From Shigella phage ESh33: a stretch of 64,000 nt of DNA. The notes beneath the pieces are model-generated. The model made no database searches, had not been told where the DNA came from, and was given only the letters and a program-made list of their open reading frames with translations. Made by a program: the position numbers and the translations under genes. Location: sequence record ON528743. One strand, written 5' to 3'. Each line of letters starts with the position of its first letter. Positions within the stretch are counted from its first letter, which is position 1. Positions 30,933 to 39,258 of the stretch are shown piece after piece.

Positions 30933-31217
30933 ATGAAAACTTATCAAGAATTCACTTCAACGACTAGCGCTTCTACTTTGACTGAAGCGACCCTTACTTC
31001 TGAAGTTATTAAAGCAAACAAAGGACGTGAAGGTAAACCGATGATTAGCCTGGTTGATGGCGAAGAAGTCAAAGGTACTGTTTACCTGGGTGATGGATGG
31101 TCCGCTAAGAAAGATGGTGCTACAATCGTTATCTCCCCTGCTGAAGAAACTGCTTTGTTTAAAGCCAAGCATATTTCAGTAGCTCAGCTTAAAATTATTG
31201 CAAAAAATCTTCTATAA
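30933..31217 (+). CDS. ipI: internal protein I (capsid-packaged, injected; anti-restriction in T4)
   Basis: 94 aa; N-terminal capsid targeting sequence MKTYQEF followed by LTE cleavage motif; position after 57B. Confidence 0.85.
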   Translation: MKTYQEFTSTTSASTLTEATLTSEVIKANKGREGKPMISLVDGEEVKGTVYLGDGWSAKKDGATIVISPAEETALFKAKHISVAQLKIIAKNLL

Positions 31218-31219
31218 TA

Positions 31220-31249
31220 GTTTACAACTTGATAGAACTATGTTATAGT
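31220..31249 (+). promoter_or_regulatory. early promoter-like element (GTTTAC N18 TATAGT) overlapping a perfect 12-bp inverted repeat
   Basis: GTTTAC at 31220-31225, TATAGT at 31244-31249. Confidence 0.45.
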
Positions 31250-31260
31250 AGTTCTATCAA
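31229..31260 (+). repeat. perfect 12-bp inverted repeat with 8-bp spacer (TTGATAGAACTA-TGTTATAG-TAGTTCTATCAA)
   Basis: Arms are exact reverse complements; a second copy with compensatory base changes is at 50874-50905. Confidence 0.8.
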
Positions 31261-31285
31261 AACAAATGTGAAATTGGAGAATAAA

Positions 31286-31471
31286 ATGAAACGCTGTGAA
31301 TTAATTCGAAATGTTGCTATTGCAATTTCTGCTTCCGCTTTTAGTTTTTCAATGTTTGTTGGATTTATATGCGGATTATTAACTACAGCAGAAAATGTGT
31401 TTTCGCTTGTAGTAGCATTTTTAATTGGTTTAATCGCTATCGTTATGGATAAAATTTCTAAAGGTGAATAG
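31286..31471 (+). CDS. small hydrophobic (membrane) protein, 61 aa
   Basis: ATG 31286 after RBS GGAGAA; sequence MKRCELIRNVAIAISASAFSFSMFVGFICGLL is a predicted TM helix. Confidence 0.5.
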   Translation: MKRCELIRNVAIAISASAFSFSMFVGFICGLLTTAENVFSLVVAFLIGLIAIVMDKISKGE

Positions 31472-31472
31472 A

Positions 31473-31853
31473 ATGTATAAAGTGTACGCGGATTATCAGG
31501 CTAATCCATCTGAAAAGCCAGATTGCCAAATTGGATGGGCTCATGATACCCTGCTTGAAGCAGTAGATGCTGCTCAAAAATTAGGATATAGTTATGTAGA
31601 TATTGTTCAACCTGGCGGAACAGTTATTACTCTTGAAGAGTTTAATAATATTAAACCAAACTTTTTACTTTTTGCAGGTGATAATTATTATCCTCGTGGT
31701 GGATATGCTGATTTAATCGCGAAAGCCGCTACCGAAGATGAACTCCGTGACATTATCAAAGAAAATGAGAACAAACCAATGTATGGTTCTAATCGCTTTG
31801 ATTGGTGGCAAATTGTAAATGCCCACACTCATACTATTGTTGATGAAGGGTAA
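31473..31853 (+). CDS. hypothetical protein, 126 aa
   Basis: ATG 31473 after RBS AAAGGTGAA (track start is an upstream GTG). Confidence 0.55.
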   Translation: MYKVYADYQANPSEKPDCQIGWAHDTLLEAVDAAQKLGYSYVDIVQPGGTVITLEEFNNIKPNFLLFAGDNYYPRGGYADLIAKAATEDELRDIIKENENKPMYGSNRFDWWQIVNAHTHTIVDEG

Positions 31854-31856
31854 ATA

Positions 31857-32147
31857 ATGATTCTTTATGCTAAAGTATCATCAATTGAAAATGGATATAA
31901 ATATGATCAAGACGCGGCTAAAGCCTTGATTGATGATTATGGTGTTTTAACATGTTTTGAAGTTGAAAAGGTTTATGTTGACCGTTCATCTTCTCAAGTT
32001 AAATTAGTGAAGGAAGACCATAAATTTAATACAGTAAATTTTGATTTCTTTATTGAAACAGAAAAAGGTCCTCTTGAATATGATATTTTCAAGAATCCTT
32101 TGGGTCTTGAATGTATTCAGAAAACGTATATTAATGCAGCGTGGTGA
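31857..32147 (+). CDS. hypothetical protein, 96 aa
   Basis: ORF tightly packed after the previous gene. Confidence 0.5.
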   Translation: MILYAKVSSIENGYKYDQDAAKALIDDYGVLTCFEVEKVYVDRSSSQVKLVKEDHKFNTVNFDFFIETEKGPLEYDIFKNPLGLECIQKTYINAAW

Positions 32148-32149
32148 AA

Positions 32150-32665
32150 ATGAATATTTGTTTAGGTACTACAATTCCACAGGGTTACGTAATTGATGTC
32201 ACTACCTGGGAAAATGATGGTGACAACTATAAAACTAAAACACTGTTTGGCGTAGAAGAGCATGAAATCTTACAATTCCAATATCTTTTAAAGAAGTTTA
32301 AAAGCAGACATTCTAGTACTAAAGCTGAACGTTATTGTGGTAATGGCTTGTTCAGCGAGCAATCGCTTTTTATTTATGAATACTTGGTTGAAGGACTGTT
32401 CTCAGAACAACTTTATCCAGAATTCATTAAAAAGGTCTTTGACATAGAAGTTGACCTTGGTAATAAATCCGAAGAAGACGAAGAACGTGTATTTGACTTA
32501 TTCTTTGTGAATGGTAATAAAGTGCTTGAAGGACTTATTAATATTTTAGGTAATGCTTCTGAGTATTATGATTATGATTTTTTGCGTGTAGTTGAGAGTG
32601 TTAAATACTCTTATATAGAAGAAGAAATTGTTTTGCCGACCGTTAAGATGTTTAATTTGCTTTAA
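32150..32665 (+). CDS. hypothetical protein, 171 aa
   Basis: ATG 32150 (MNICLGTT...); acidic KSEEDEERVFDLFF segment. Confidence 0.5.
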   Translation: MNICLGTTIPQGYVIDVTTWENDGDNYKTKTLFGVEEHEILQFQYLLKKFKSRHSSTKAERYCGNGLFSEQSLFIYEYLVEGLFSEQLYPEFIKKVFDIEVDLGNKSEEDEERVFDLFFVNGNKVLEGLINILGNASEYYDYDFLRVVESVKYSYIEEEIVLPTVKMFNLL

Positions 32666-32752
32666 GAATTATTTGTTATTATTAACTCATACCGCACTGA
32701 TTAATACCCTCTATCATCAAGGGTTCTTATTTGAGAGCCTTTGTTAATAATT

Positions 32753-32824
32753 GGGAATTAGCCAAGTTGGTAAGGCACTGGATTTTGATTCCAGGATGCA
32801 AAGGTTCGAGTCCTTTATTCCCAG
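32753..32824 (+). tRNA. tRNA-Gln (UUG)
   Basis: Acceptor TGGGAAT/ATTCCCA; anticodon stem CTGGA/TCCAG, loop TTTTGAT; T-loop TTCGAGT. Confidence 0.85.
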
Positions 32825-32825
32825 C

Positions 32826-32912
32826 GCGAGAATGGTCAAATTGGTAAAGGCACAGCACTTAAAATGCTGCGGAATGATTTCCTTGTGGGTTCGAGTCCCA
32901 CTTCTCGCACCA
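32826..32912 (+). tRNA. tRNA-Leu (UAA)
   Basis: Acceptor GCGAGAA/TTCTCGC; anticodon loop CTTAAAA; long variable arm; 3' CCA encoded. Confidence 0.85.
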
Positions 32913-32917
32913 AATTT

Positions 32918-32991
<74 letters not shown>

Positions 32992-33001
32992 ATTTAATTT
33001 A

Positions 33002-33075
33002 CTCCGTGTAGCTCAGTTTGGTAGAGCGCCTGATTTGGGATCAGGAGGTCCAAGGTTCAAATCCTTGTATGGAGA
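33002..33075 (+). tRNA. tRNA-Pro (UGG)
   Basis: Acceptor CTCCGTG/TATGGAG (two G-U pairs); anticodon stem CCTGA/TCAGG, loop TTTGGGA; T-loop TTCAAAT. Confidence 0.8.
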
Positions 33076-33078
33076 CTG

Positions 33079-33167
33079 GAGGCGTGGCAGAGTGGTTTAA
33101 TGCACCGGTCTTGAAAACCGGCAGTCGCTCCGGCGACTCATAGGTTCAAATCCTATCGCCTCCGCCA
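33079..33167 (+). tRNA. tRNA-Ser (UGA)
   Basis: Acceptor GGAGGCG/CGCCTCC; anticodon loop CTTGAAA; long variable arm; 3' CCA. Confidence 0.85.
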
Positions 33168-33172
33168 GTTTT

Positions 33173-33248
33173 GCTGATTTAGCTCAATAGGTAGAGCAAC
33201 TCACTTGTAATGAGAAGGTCGGCGGTTCGATTCCGTCAATCAGCACCA
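33173..33248 (+). tRNA. tRNA-Thr (UGU)
   Basis: Acceptor GCTGATT/AATCAGC; anticodon loop CTTGTAA; T-loop TTCGATT; 3' CCA. Confidence 0.8.
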
Positions 33249-33249
33249 A

Positions 33250-33324
33250 GGCCCTGTAGCTGGAAGGTTCAAGCAAGCGACTCATAATCGCCAGATGGTG
33301 GTTCAATTCCACCCAGGGCCACCA
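33250..33324 (+). tRNA. tRNA-Ile (CAU; lysidine-type as in T4) or tRNA-Met
   Basis: Acceptor GGCCCTG/CAGGGCC; anticodon loop CTCATAA; T-loop TTCAATT; 3' CCA; Ile assignment by analogy to T4. Confidence 0.75.
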
Positions 33325-33330
33325 AATTAA

Positions 33331-33417
33331 GGGGAGTTATCCCGTAGAGGTAGCGGTGTGGACTGTAAATCCATTGTCATTGCGACTCGGGTGGTTCGAC
33401 TCCATCACTCCCCACCA
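33331..33417 (+). tRNA. tRNA-Tyr (GUA)
   Basis: Acceptor GGGGAGT/ACTCCCC; anticodon stem TGGA/TCCA, loop CTGTAAA; long variable arm; T-loop TTCGACT; 3' CCA. Confidence 0.75.
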
Positions 33418-33421
33418 ATTT

Positions 33422-33496
33422 GGATGTGTAGCTCAATGGCAGAGCGATCGCCTGTTAAGCGATTGGTTATAGGTTCGAATCCTATCACGTCCGCCA
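33422..33496 (+). tRNA. tRNA-Asn (GUU)
   Basis: Acceptor GGATGTG/CACGTCC; anticodon stem ATCGC/GCGAT, loop CTGTTAA; T-loop TTCGAAT; 3' CCA. Confidence 0.75.
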
Positions 33497-33501
33497 AATT
33501 T

Positions 33502-33612
33502 GTGACAACTGTCACATTAATATCTACTTGACGCGATTATAGGGGTTGAACTGATCACTCTTCTCTTAATTTCGTGTGAAGACATCATGATTGTTGGAGT
33601 AGATATTAATGT
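33502..33612 (+). repeat. structured tRNA spacer: palindrome GTGACAACTGTCAC plus 15-bp inverted repeat ACATTAATATCTACT / AGTAGATATTAATGT
   Basis: Left arm 33514-33528, right arm 33598-33612 (perfect reverse complements); right arm overlaps first bases of tRNA-His. Confidence 0.7.
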
Positions 33613-33686
33613 GGCCGTAGTTCAGTTGGTAGAACTCGAGATTGTGATTCTCGTAGTCATGGGTTCGACTCCCATCGGTCACCCCA
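33610..33686 (+). tRNA. tRNA-His (GUG)
   Basis: Acceptor GTGGCCG/CGGTCAC; anticodon stem CGAGA/TCTCG, loop TTGTGAT; T-loop TTCGACT; 3' CCA. Confidence 0.7.
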
Positions 33687-33690
33687 ATTA

Positions 33691-33766
33691 CGGGGCATAG
33701 CTCAGAAGGAAGAGCAAGGACCTTCTAAGTCCTAGGTCGTAGGTTCGATCCCTACTGCCTCGACCA
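33691..33766 (+). tRNA. tRNA-Arg (UCU)
   Basis: Acceptor CGGGGCA/TGCCTCG; anticodon stem AGGAC/GTCCT, loop CTTCTAA; T-loop TTCGATC; 3' CCA. Confidence 0.8.
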
Positions 33767-33784
33767 ATTATAAGTGAGGAAAAT

Positions 33785-34135
33785 ATGAAAGGTAATGTTT
33801 ATTTAGTAGTTCATGATTTAACATTCTATTTTAATCATAATGATACTGCTATTTCTGAACGTGTAATTAATTTACTTTATCAGCATGCAGATTATGTTTA
33901 TGTTGAAAATGAATTTGGCCATTGGCAATTTCTCAAAAATCGTTCATTTGGTTTAGATGGTTACGAATACTTTGATCGTAAAGACCTTTTAGATACAATT
34001 CCATTATCTACACAATATCAAAATCATAAGTCTTTACATAAATGCCGGCTAATTCGAAATGCTGAATCTGCGTATGAAGCAATTGATTTATGGCGTAAAC
34101 GCCGTGAACAGATTGATGCTTTAAAAGAATATTAA
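33785..34135 (+). CDS. hypothetical protein, 116 aa
   Basis: ORF starting 19 nt after tRNA-Arg with RBS GAGGAAAAT. Confidence 0.5.
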   Translation: MKGNVYLVVHDLTFYFNHNDTAISERVINLLYQHADYVYVENEFGHWQFLKNRSFGLDGYEYFDRKDLLDTIPLSTQYQNHKSLHKCRLIRNAESAYEAIDLWRKRREQIDALKEY

Positions 34136-34139
34136 GAAA

Positions 34140-34475
34140 CCGGGTCGCTACCGGTAAGTCGTCGGACTGATGTTCCCTGTTTAAGGACTGGCATTAATAA
34201 ATCTTTATGTTTTGTTAATGTCCCCTTATATCACAGCAGAAACGGCGCACCGAATTATCGATTCGAGGAAATATCTTTGCCGTAAGCCGAGTAGCGTTTT
34301 TGACGGAACGTTCGGATATGGTCGAGATATGGCCTTTTAAAAATATTGAGTAGCGTCAACTGCTTGATAACCGGGTTCGAATCCCGGCGTTTCGTACAAA
34401 CACTTGCCTTAGCAGGTGGAACCCCGACAAGGTTGCCGCAAGGCTTAGCCCCAGCCGAAAGGTTGGGGCTTTTTA
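34140..34475 (+). ncRNA. putative structured stable RNA region (GC-rich, no ORF, tRNA-like T-arm hairpin), possibly T4 species 1/2 (rnaC/rnaD)-like
   Basis: No ORF of 60 aa or more on either strand; GC-rich vs flanks; CCGGGTTCGAATCCCGG at 34370-34386; hairpin CGAAT-TATCG-ATTCG at 34250-34264; ends in terminator. Confidence 0.35.
34446..34473 (+). terminator. intrinsic terminator (AGCCCCAGCC-GAAA-GGTTGGGGCT + T-run)
   Basis: 10-bp GC stem, GAAA tetraloop, TTTT. Confidence 0.7.
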
Positions 34476-34520
34476 GTATAAATAAGTATATTAAATCTAC
34501 AAATTAAAACAGGAAATAAG

Positions 34521-34994
34521 ATGAAATCATATACTCAATTTTTAAATGAAGCGGTGTTAAATGAAGCGTCTAGCACCGAAATTCAAGCTGTCGCAAAAGC
34601 AGCCATTGCAGCGGGTAAATATTCCTATAAAGATGCTTCTGATGAATCACGATTCCAATTTGCTCGCGACATGAAAGCAGAAGGATTTACGGGGAATGCT
34701 GTTAGTATGGCCTGGAAAAGTTTAGTTGCTACTGGCGCTGCTTTTGCAAAGGCTTCAGGTAAACCTGCTCCTAAAGCAGATCCTAAAGTCACACAAGAGA
34801 AAAATATCGTTAAAGGAATTATCTCCAAATATGAAGCTATCCTTAAAGAGCTTTTAGTAATCAAAACTGAAGGCCAAAAGCTAGCTCGTGCTTATAGTTT
34901 CAAAGATAACCCACATGTTCACTCTCTTGAGTATGTTGAAGACATCCAAAAAATTATTAAAGACCGCATTTGGTCTGCTAAACAAATCAAATAA
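34521..34994 (+). CDS. internal-protein-like capsid-targeted protein, 157 aa
   Basis: N-terminus MKSYTQFLNEAVLNEAS resembles the IP capsid targeting sequence with LNE cleavage motifs; bracketed by near-identical terminators. Confidence 0.6.
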   Translation: MKSYTQFLNEAVLNEASSTEIQAVAKAAIAAGKYSYKDASDESRFQFARDMKAEGFTGNAVSMAWKSLVATGAAFAKASGKPAPKADPKVTQEKNIVKGIISKYEAILKELLVIKTEGQKLARAYSFKDNPHVHSLEYVEDIQKIIKDRIWSAKQIK

Positions 34995-35001
34995 CATTCT
35001 T

Positions 35002-35029
35002 AGCCCTAGCCAAAAGGTTGGGGCTTTTT
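35002..35029 (+). terminator. intrinsic terminator (AGCCCTAGCC-AAAA-GGTTGGGGCT + T-run), near-duplicate of 34446-34473
   Basis: Same stem with two substitutions that keep pairing via G-U, then TTTTT. Confidence 0.7.
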
Positions 35030-35162
35030 GATATCTAGGCCTTTCCAGGCCTCTCTAGACATCGTTTAGTTTCTACCCTTTATAATATATTATCCTATCC
35101 TTTGATTTCCCCTCCCTGCCCTAGAATTCCCCAAAACTTTTTAAAAATTTTTTCACAAAACT

Positions 35163-35192
35163 GTTTACATCCTTGTCCTTCCATGGTACTAT
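35163..35192 (+). promoter_or_regulatory. early promoter (GTTTAC N18 TACTAT) with upstream A/T-rich element
   Basis: AAAAATTTTTTCACAAAACTGTTTACA ... GGTACTATACAACTATCAA; same cassette recurs at 50596 and 52297. Confidence 0.5.
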
Positions 35193-35235
35193 ACAACTAT
35201 CAACTACTGATACAGAAAACAACTTGGAGAATGAA

Positions 35236-35499
35236 ATGGATAATTACGGTGAGCTGTTCAACTTCTTTATGAAATGTGTTTCAGAAGATTTCGGTCGTAC
35301 AGTGAATGATATTAAAGTTATCGGTCCTGACCATCCGATGTTTGAAACCTATGCAGTAATGGGTAATGAAGATGGTCAGTGGTATACTGTAAAGGTTGTG
35401 ATTAATATGTTCACTGCTGAAGGTTATGTTAAACTGTCTTCTAAAGTTTACCATGATAACGATGAAATCGCAGAAGAATATTTCAATAATATGAAATAA
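35236..35499 (+). CDS. hypothetical protein, 87 aa
   Basis: ATG 35236 five nt after GGAGA (MDNYGELFNFFMK...). Confidence 0.5.
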   Translation: MDNYGELFNFFMKCVSEDFGRTVNDIKVIGPDHPMFETYAVMGNEDGQWYTVKVVINMFTAEGYVKLSSKVYHDNDEIAEEYFNNMK

Positions 35500-35567
35500 T
35501 TGTGTACAAACACCAAGGACGGTGTTATTATAGACTTATCAAAACAAATACAGAAACGGAGAAATAA

Positions 35568-35744
35568 ATGACTACTTTAATTATTTGGTTTGACGAAAAT
35601 GAAGAAACATACTGCGTGAACATTGGCGAAAGCCCAATGCCAGAATTTGAATCTTCGGATAAAAACTCGGTTATATCTTGGGCTGAAGGTTATAAAGCAG
35701 CAAAAGGCGATGTTGAAATAGTTTATAAACTATCCGGAGTATAA
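35568..35744 (+). CDS. small hypothetical protein, 58 aa
   Basis: ATG after RBS GGAGAAATAA; MTTLIIWFDENEETYCVNIGE...; below the ORF-track length cutoff. Confidence 0.4.
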   Translation: MTTLIIWFDENEETYCVNIGESPMPEFESSDKNSVISWAEGYKAAKGDVEIVYKLSGV

Positions 35745-35787
35745 TACTCTCACGGATTTTAAATCTTAATCAACCTAAGGAAATACT

Positions 35788-36381
35788 ATGAACACACTGA
35801 AGAAAATTGTTGAGTTTATTCGCACTAAACTTGGTTCTGCTATGGCTAAAAATTTATCTGTTGAAGAACAGTATACTGCCGCAGCAGCAAAACTACTTGA
35901 TAAAATTAAAGATCTAAAAACTGCTTCTGTTAAATCTATTAATGAAGAAAAGCGTATTCGTGAACTTATTGTCGAAAAGAATAAGCAGGCCGAATCAAAA
36001 GAGCGTGAAATTCGCAAGCTTCTTTCGGAAGGTCAAGATGTAACAATGCATGCTAAACTTGGTTTACTATATCGTCGAACAGCTGAGCAGTTGACTACTA
36101 AAGCTGATGGTTATGCTGAAATGCGAATTGAAATCGCCAAGAAAGTAGTTGAGTTAGATGATGCTCGCCAAGAACTTGCAGTTAAATTGGAATATATCCG
36201 TGAAACTCGCGCCGCGAATGCCCTCGGAATTAGTACTGCTGATGATGTAGTTGAAATTGCAGCACTGACTAAGGTTGATATTGAAGATACTCTTGCTCGA
36301 GTTGAAACCTTTAATGGCAATATTTCTGGGGTTGAAACTACCTCTGCCGATGTTCAGGAATATATTAATTCTCTGAAATAA
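35788..36381 (+). CDS. coiled-coil protein, 197 aa (possible PspA/IM30-like fold, unverified)
   Basis: Strong heptad-like Ala/Glu/Lys/Leu pattern throughout; followed by hairpin GGGGCTTCGGCCCC at 36388-36401. Confidence 0.55.
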
Positions 36382-36422
36382 TGATAAGGGGCTTCGGCCC
36401 CTATTACTTGGAGTAAGTAGGA

Positions 36423-37028
36423 ATGAAAATGCAAAGTGATTTCAATTCAATGTTTGAAGAGTTCCAAAGACGAGTTGATGTTCCGGACCAATTATTAAAT
36501 GCTCTTAAACGTATGGCAGAAGGACGTAATTATTATTGGGGTTCTTCATATGAAACTGATGAAAGTCTTTCTGGATTTTATAAAGGTAAAAAGTCTTTAA
36601 TACGTCCTGGAATACTTATTAACAGTATTGAATCAATTCATTCATTAACATGCGATTTTGACGTTGAATTTACTGATTTTGTTTCTCCTGAATGGACGGT
36701 CTGTTATTTAAACGACGATTATGATTATCTTGGCGTTTATAGTTTAAGTGATGCATGGTTTAAACGTAATTTACAAAAGTCAAATTTATTCTATATTGAT
36801 ACTACTGTAAAATTTCAGGGCAAGAAATATTTCTTTACTCTTATAGTTGATTCTGAAACAAAGCATGAAAATAAACGTATTCTTAGTAAAAAGAATATCT
36901 TAACTATTGTTGATGATCTTTTTGATAAATTCGTAGAAAATCCTAATTTTGAAAGCGATTTATTATTAGAAAAATTTGTTAAGGAATGTAGAGAATATGT
37001 CAAAGCCATCACTATACCTTCCAAGTGA
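36423..37028 (+). CDS. hypothetical protein, 201 aa
   Basis: ORF; C-terminus EKFVKECREYVKA shares a motif with the next three genes. Confidence 0.55.
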   Translation: MKMQSDFNSMFEEFQRRVDVPDQLLNALKRMAEGRNYYWGSSYETDESLSGFYKGKKSLIRPGILINSIESIHSLTCDFDVEFTDFVSPEWTVCYLNDDYDYLGVYSLSDAWFKRNLQKSNLFYIDTTVKFQGKKYFFTLIVDSETKHENKRILSKKNILTIVDDLFDKFVENPNFESDLLLEKFVKECREYVKAITIPSK

Positions 37029-37389
37029 ACCTGTGAAGTATGAACTAAAGCGTCAGCTAATTCCTACTGATGTATTAATAGGTCCTGTGACAGCTATATC
37101 ATTTGTAATTCTATTGATTGTTGGAATGGTTATAGACTTTATGACTGATATTGAATCTGGCGTAATATTTTTGTTAGTATTAATTCTTCCATTAGTAGTT
37201 CCATTTTTATTGGTACCTGTAAATTGGGTAGGATATTGGTATCAAGGAAGGCATTATCGTAAACGTGTACGTGAATGGAAAGCTCAGTGTAAAAAGATTA
37301 AAAAGGAACACCAGCTTAAACTAAATATGTATGAATTTAATGAAATTATGAAATTTGTTAAGGAATCACGATGCAAAAGCCAAAACTAA
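36997..37389 (+). CDS. small membrane protein, 130 aa
   Basis: ATG 36997 (MSKPSLYL); two predicted TM helices; C-terminus EIMKFVKESRCK. Confidence 0.55.
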   Translation: MSKPSLYLPSEPVKYELKRQLIPTDVLIGPVTAISFVILLIVGMVIDFMTDIESGVIFLLVLILPLVVPFLLVPVNWVGYWYQGRHYRKRVREWKAQCKKIKKEHQLKLNMYEFNEIMKFVKESRCKSQN

Positions 37390-37745
37390 ATAAAGTCAAA
37401 TATTCTTTTTCTGAGTCATTTTTAATTTTTGCTGTGGCGTTGGCTGCAGCTCTTGCTGGTAGTCTTATTGGATTAATGATTGACTGTATTATTTTAAACA
37501 TCCGCAGTAACGTCAGCGGTATAGTAGATATAATAGAAGTTTGGAGTGAACTTCATTATACTATAGCAATTTCATTATTTTCATTCTTTAGTATCATTTT
37601 ATATTTTCATTATGATAATTTTAAAATAAATTGGCAAAGAAAAAAGGATTACAAAATACAATTAAAAGAATATAATAACTACATGTCTTATATTGAAAAT
37701 GAATCAATGAAAGAATTCGTGAATGATTGTAGGAAAATCAAATGA
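37371..37745 (+). CDS. small membrane protein, 124 aa
   Basis: Overlaps previous gene; predicted TM helices; C-terminus MKEFVNDCRKIK. Confidence 0.55.
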   Translation: MQKPKLNKVKYSFSESFLIFAVALAAALAGSLIGLMIDCIILNIRSNVSGIVDIIEVWSELHYTIAISLFSFFSIILYFHYDNFKINWQRKKDYKIQLKEYNNYMSYIENESMKEFVNDCRKIK

Positions 37746-38226
37746 TTTTAAAAACTCGCTGGTATGATTTAGATGATGGGGACGATGGCATTTCAGTCGA
37801 TAGAGTTGACTGGAGCGGCTGTTCTGAAGATACAAAGAAACGATTAATTAGGGAGTTTAGAATGGGATATCAAGCAGTTAAGCCATCTACTGTAACAGAT
37901 GATAAATTCGTGTGTATTCAAAATGGTCGTGCTAAGTTAACGAACGCTGATTGGTTCACAGATAAGAAGGTTATTCTGTGGTATATTATTAGTTTTCCTG
38001 TGACATCATTTGTATTTTGCTTCTTTGGAGAAAGTCCAGTAGGCAGAACGGAAGATTGGATTCTTTTAATTATACTTGTTAATATTTTTACAGCAGCAGT
38101 ACTATCAGGAATATGGTGCGTGTTCATTGAAATGCCATGGCGGTTACGTAGACAGCAAAAGATTTTTGATGAAAAGAAATATACTCAAAATTTAAATAAT
38201 TTTATCACTGAATGCAGGAAATTAAA

Positions 38227-38230
<4 letters not shown>
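37742..38230 (+). CDS. membrane protein, 162 aa
   Basis: ATGA overlap with previous gene; predicted TM helices; C-terminus NNFITECRKLK. Confidence 0.55.
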
Positions 38231-39199
<969 letters not shown>

Positions 39200-39203
39200 A
39201 GTT

Positions 39204-39233
39204 GTTTACTTTCTCCTAGAACTGTGATAGTAT
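39204..39233 (+). promoter_or_regulatory. early promoter (GTTTAC ... TAGTAT) upstream of denV
   Basis: GTTTAC at 39204-39209, -10-like TAGTAT at 39228-39233. Confidence 0.45.
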
Positions 39234-39258
39234 ATTCACAGTTACTTGGAGGGATAAA

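Noticed and set aside
34303-34393. Possible complete tRNA around the T-arm-like hairpin
   Set aside because: An acceptor-like pairing and a perfect T-arm exist, but no convincing D-arm or anticodon arm could be drawn and no CCA follows; kept only as a tRNA-like element within the ncRNA candidate.
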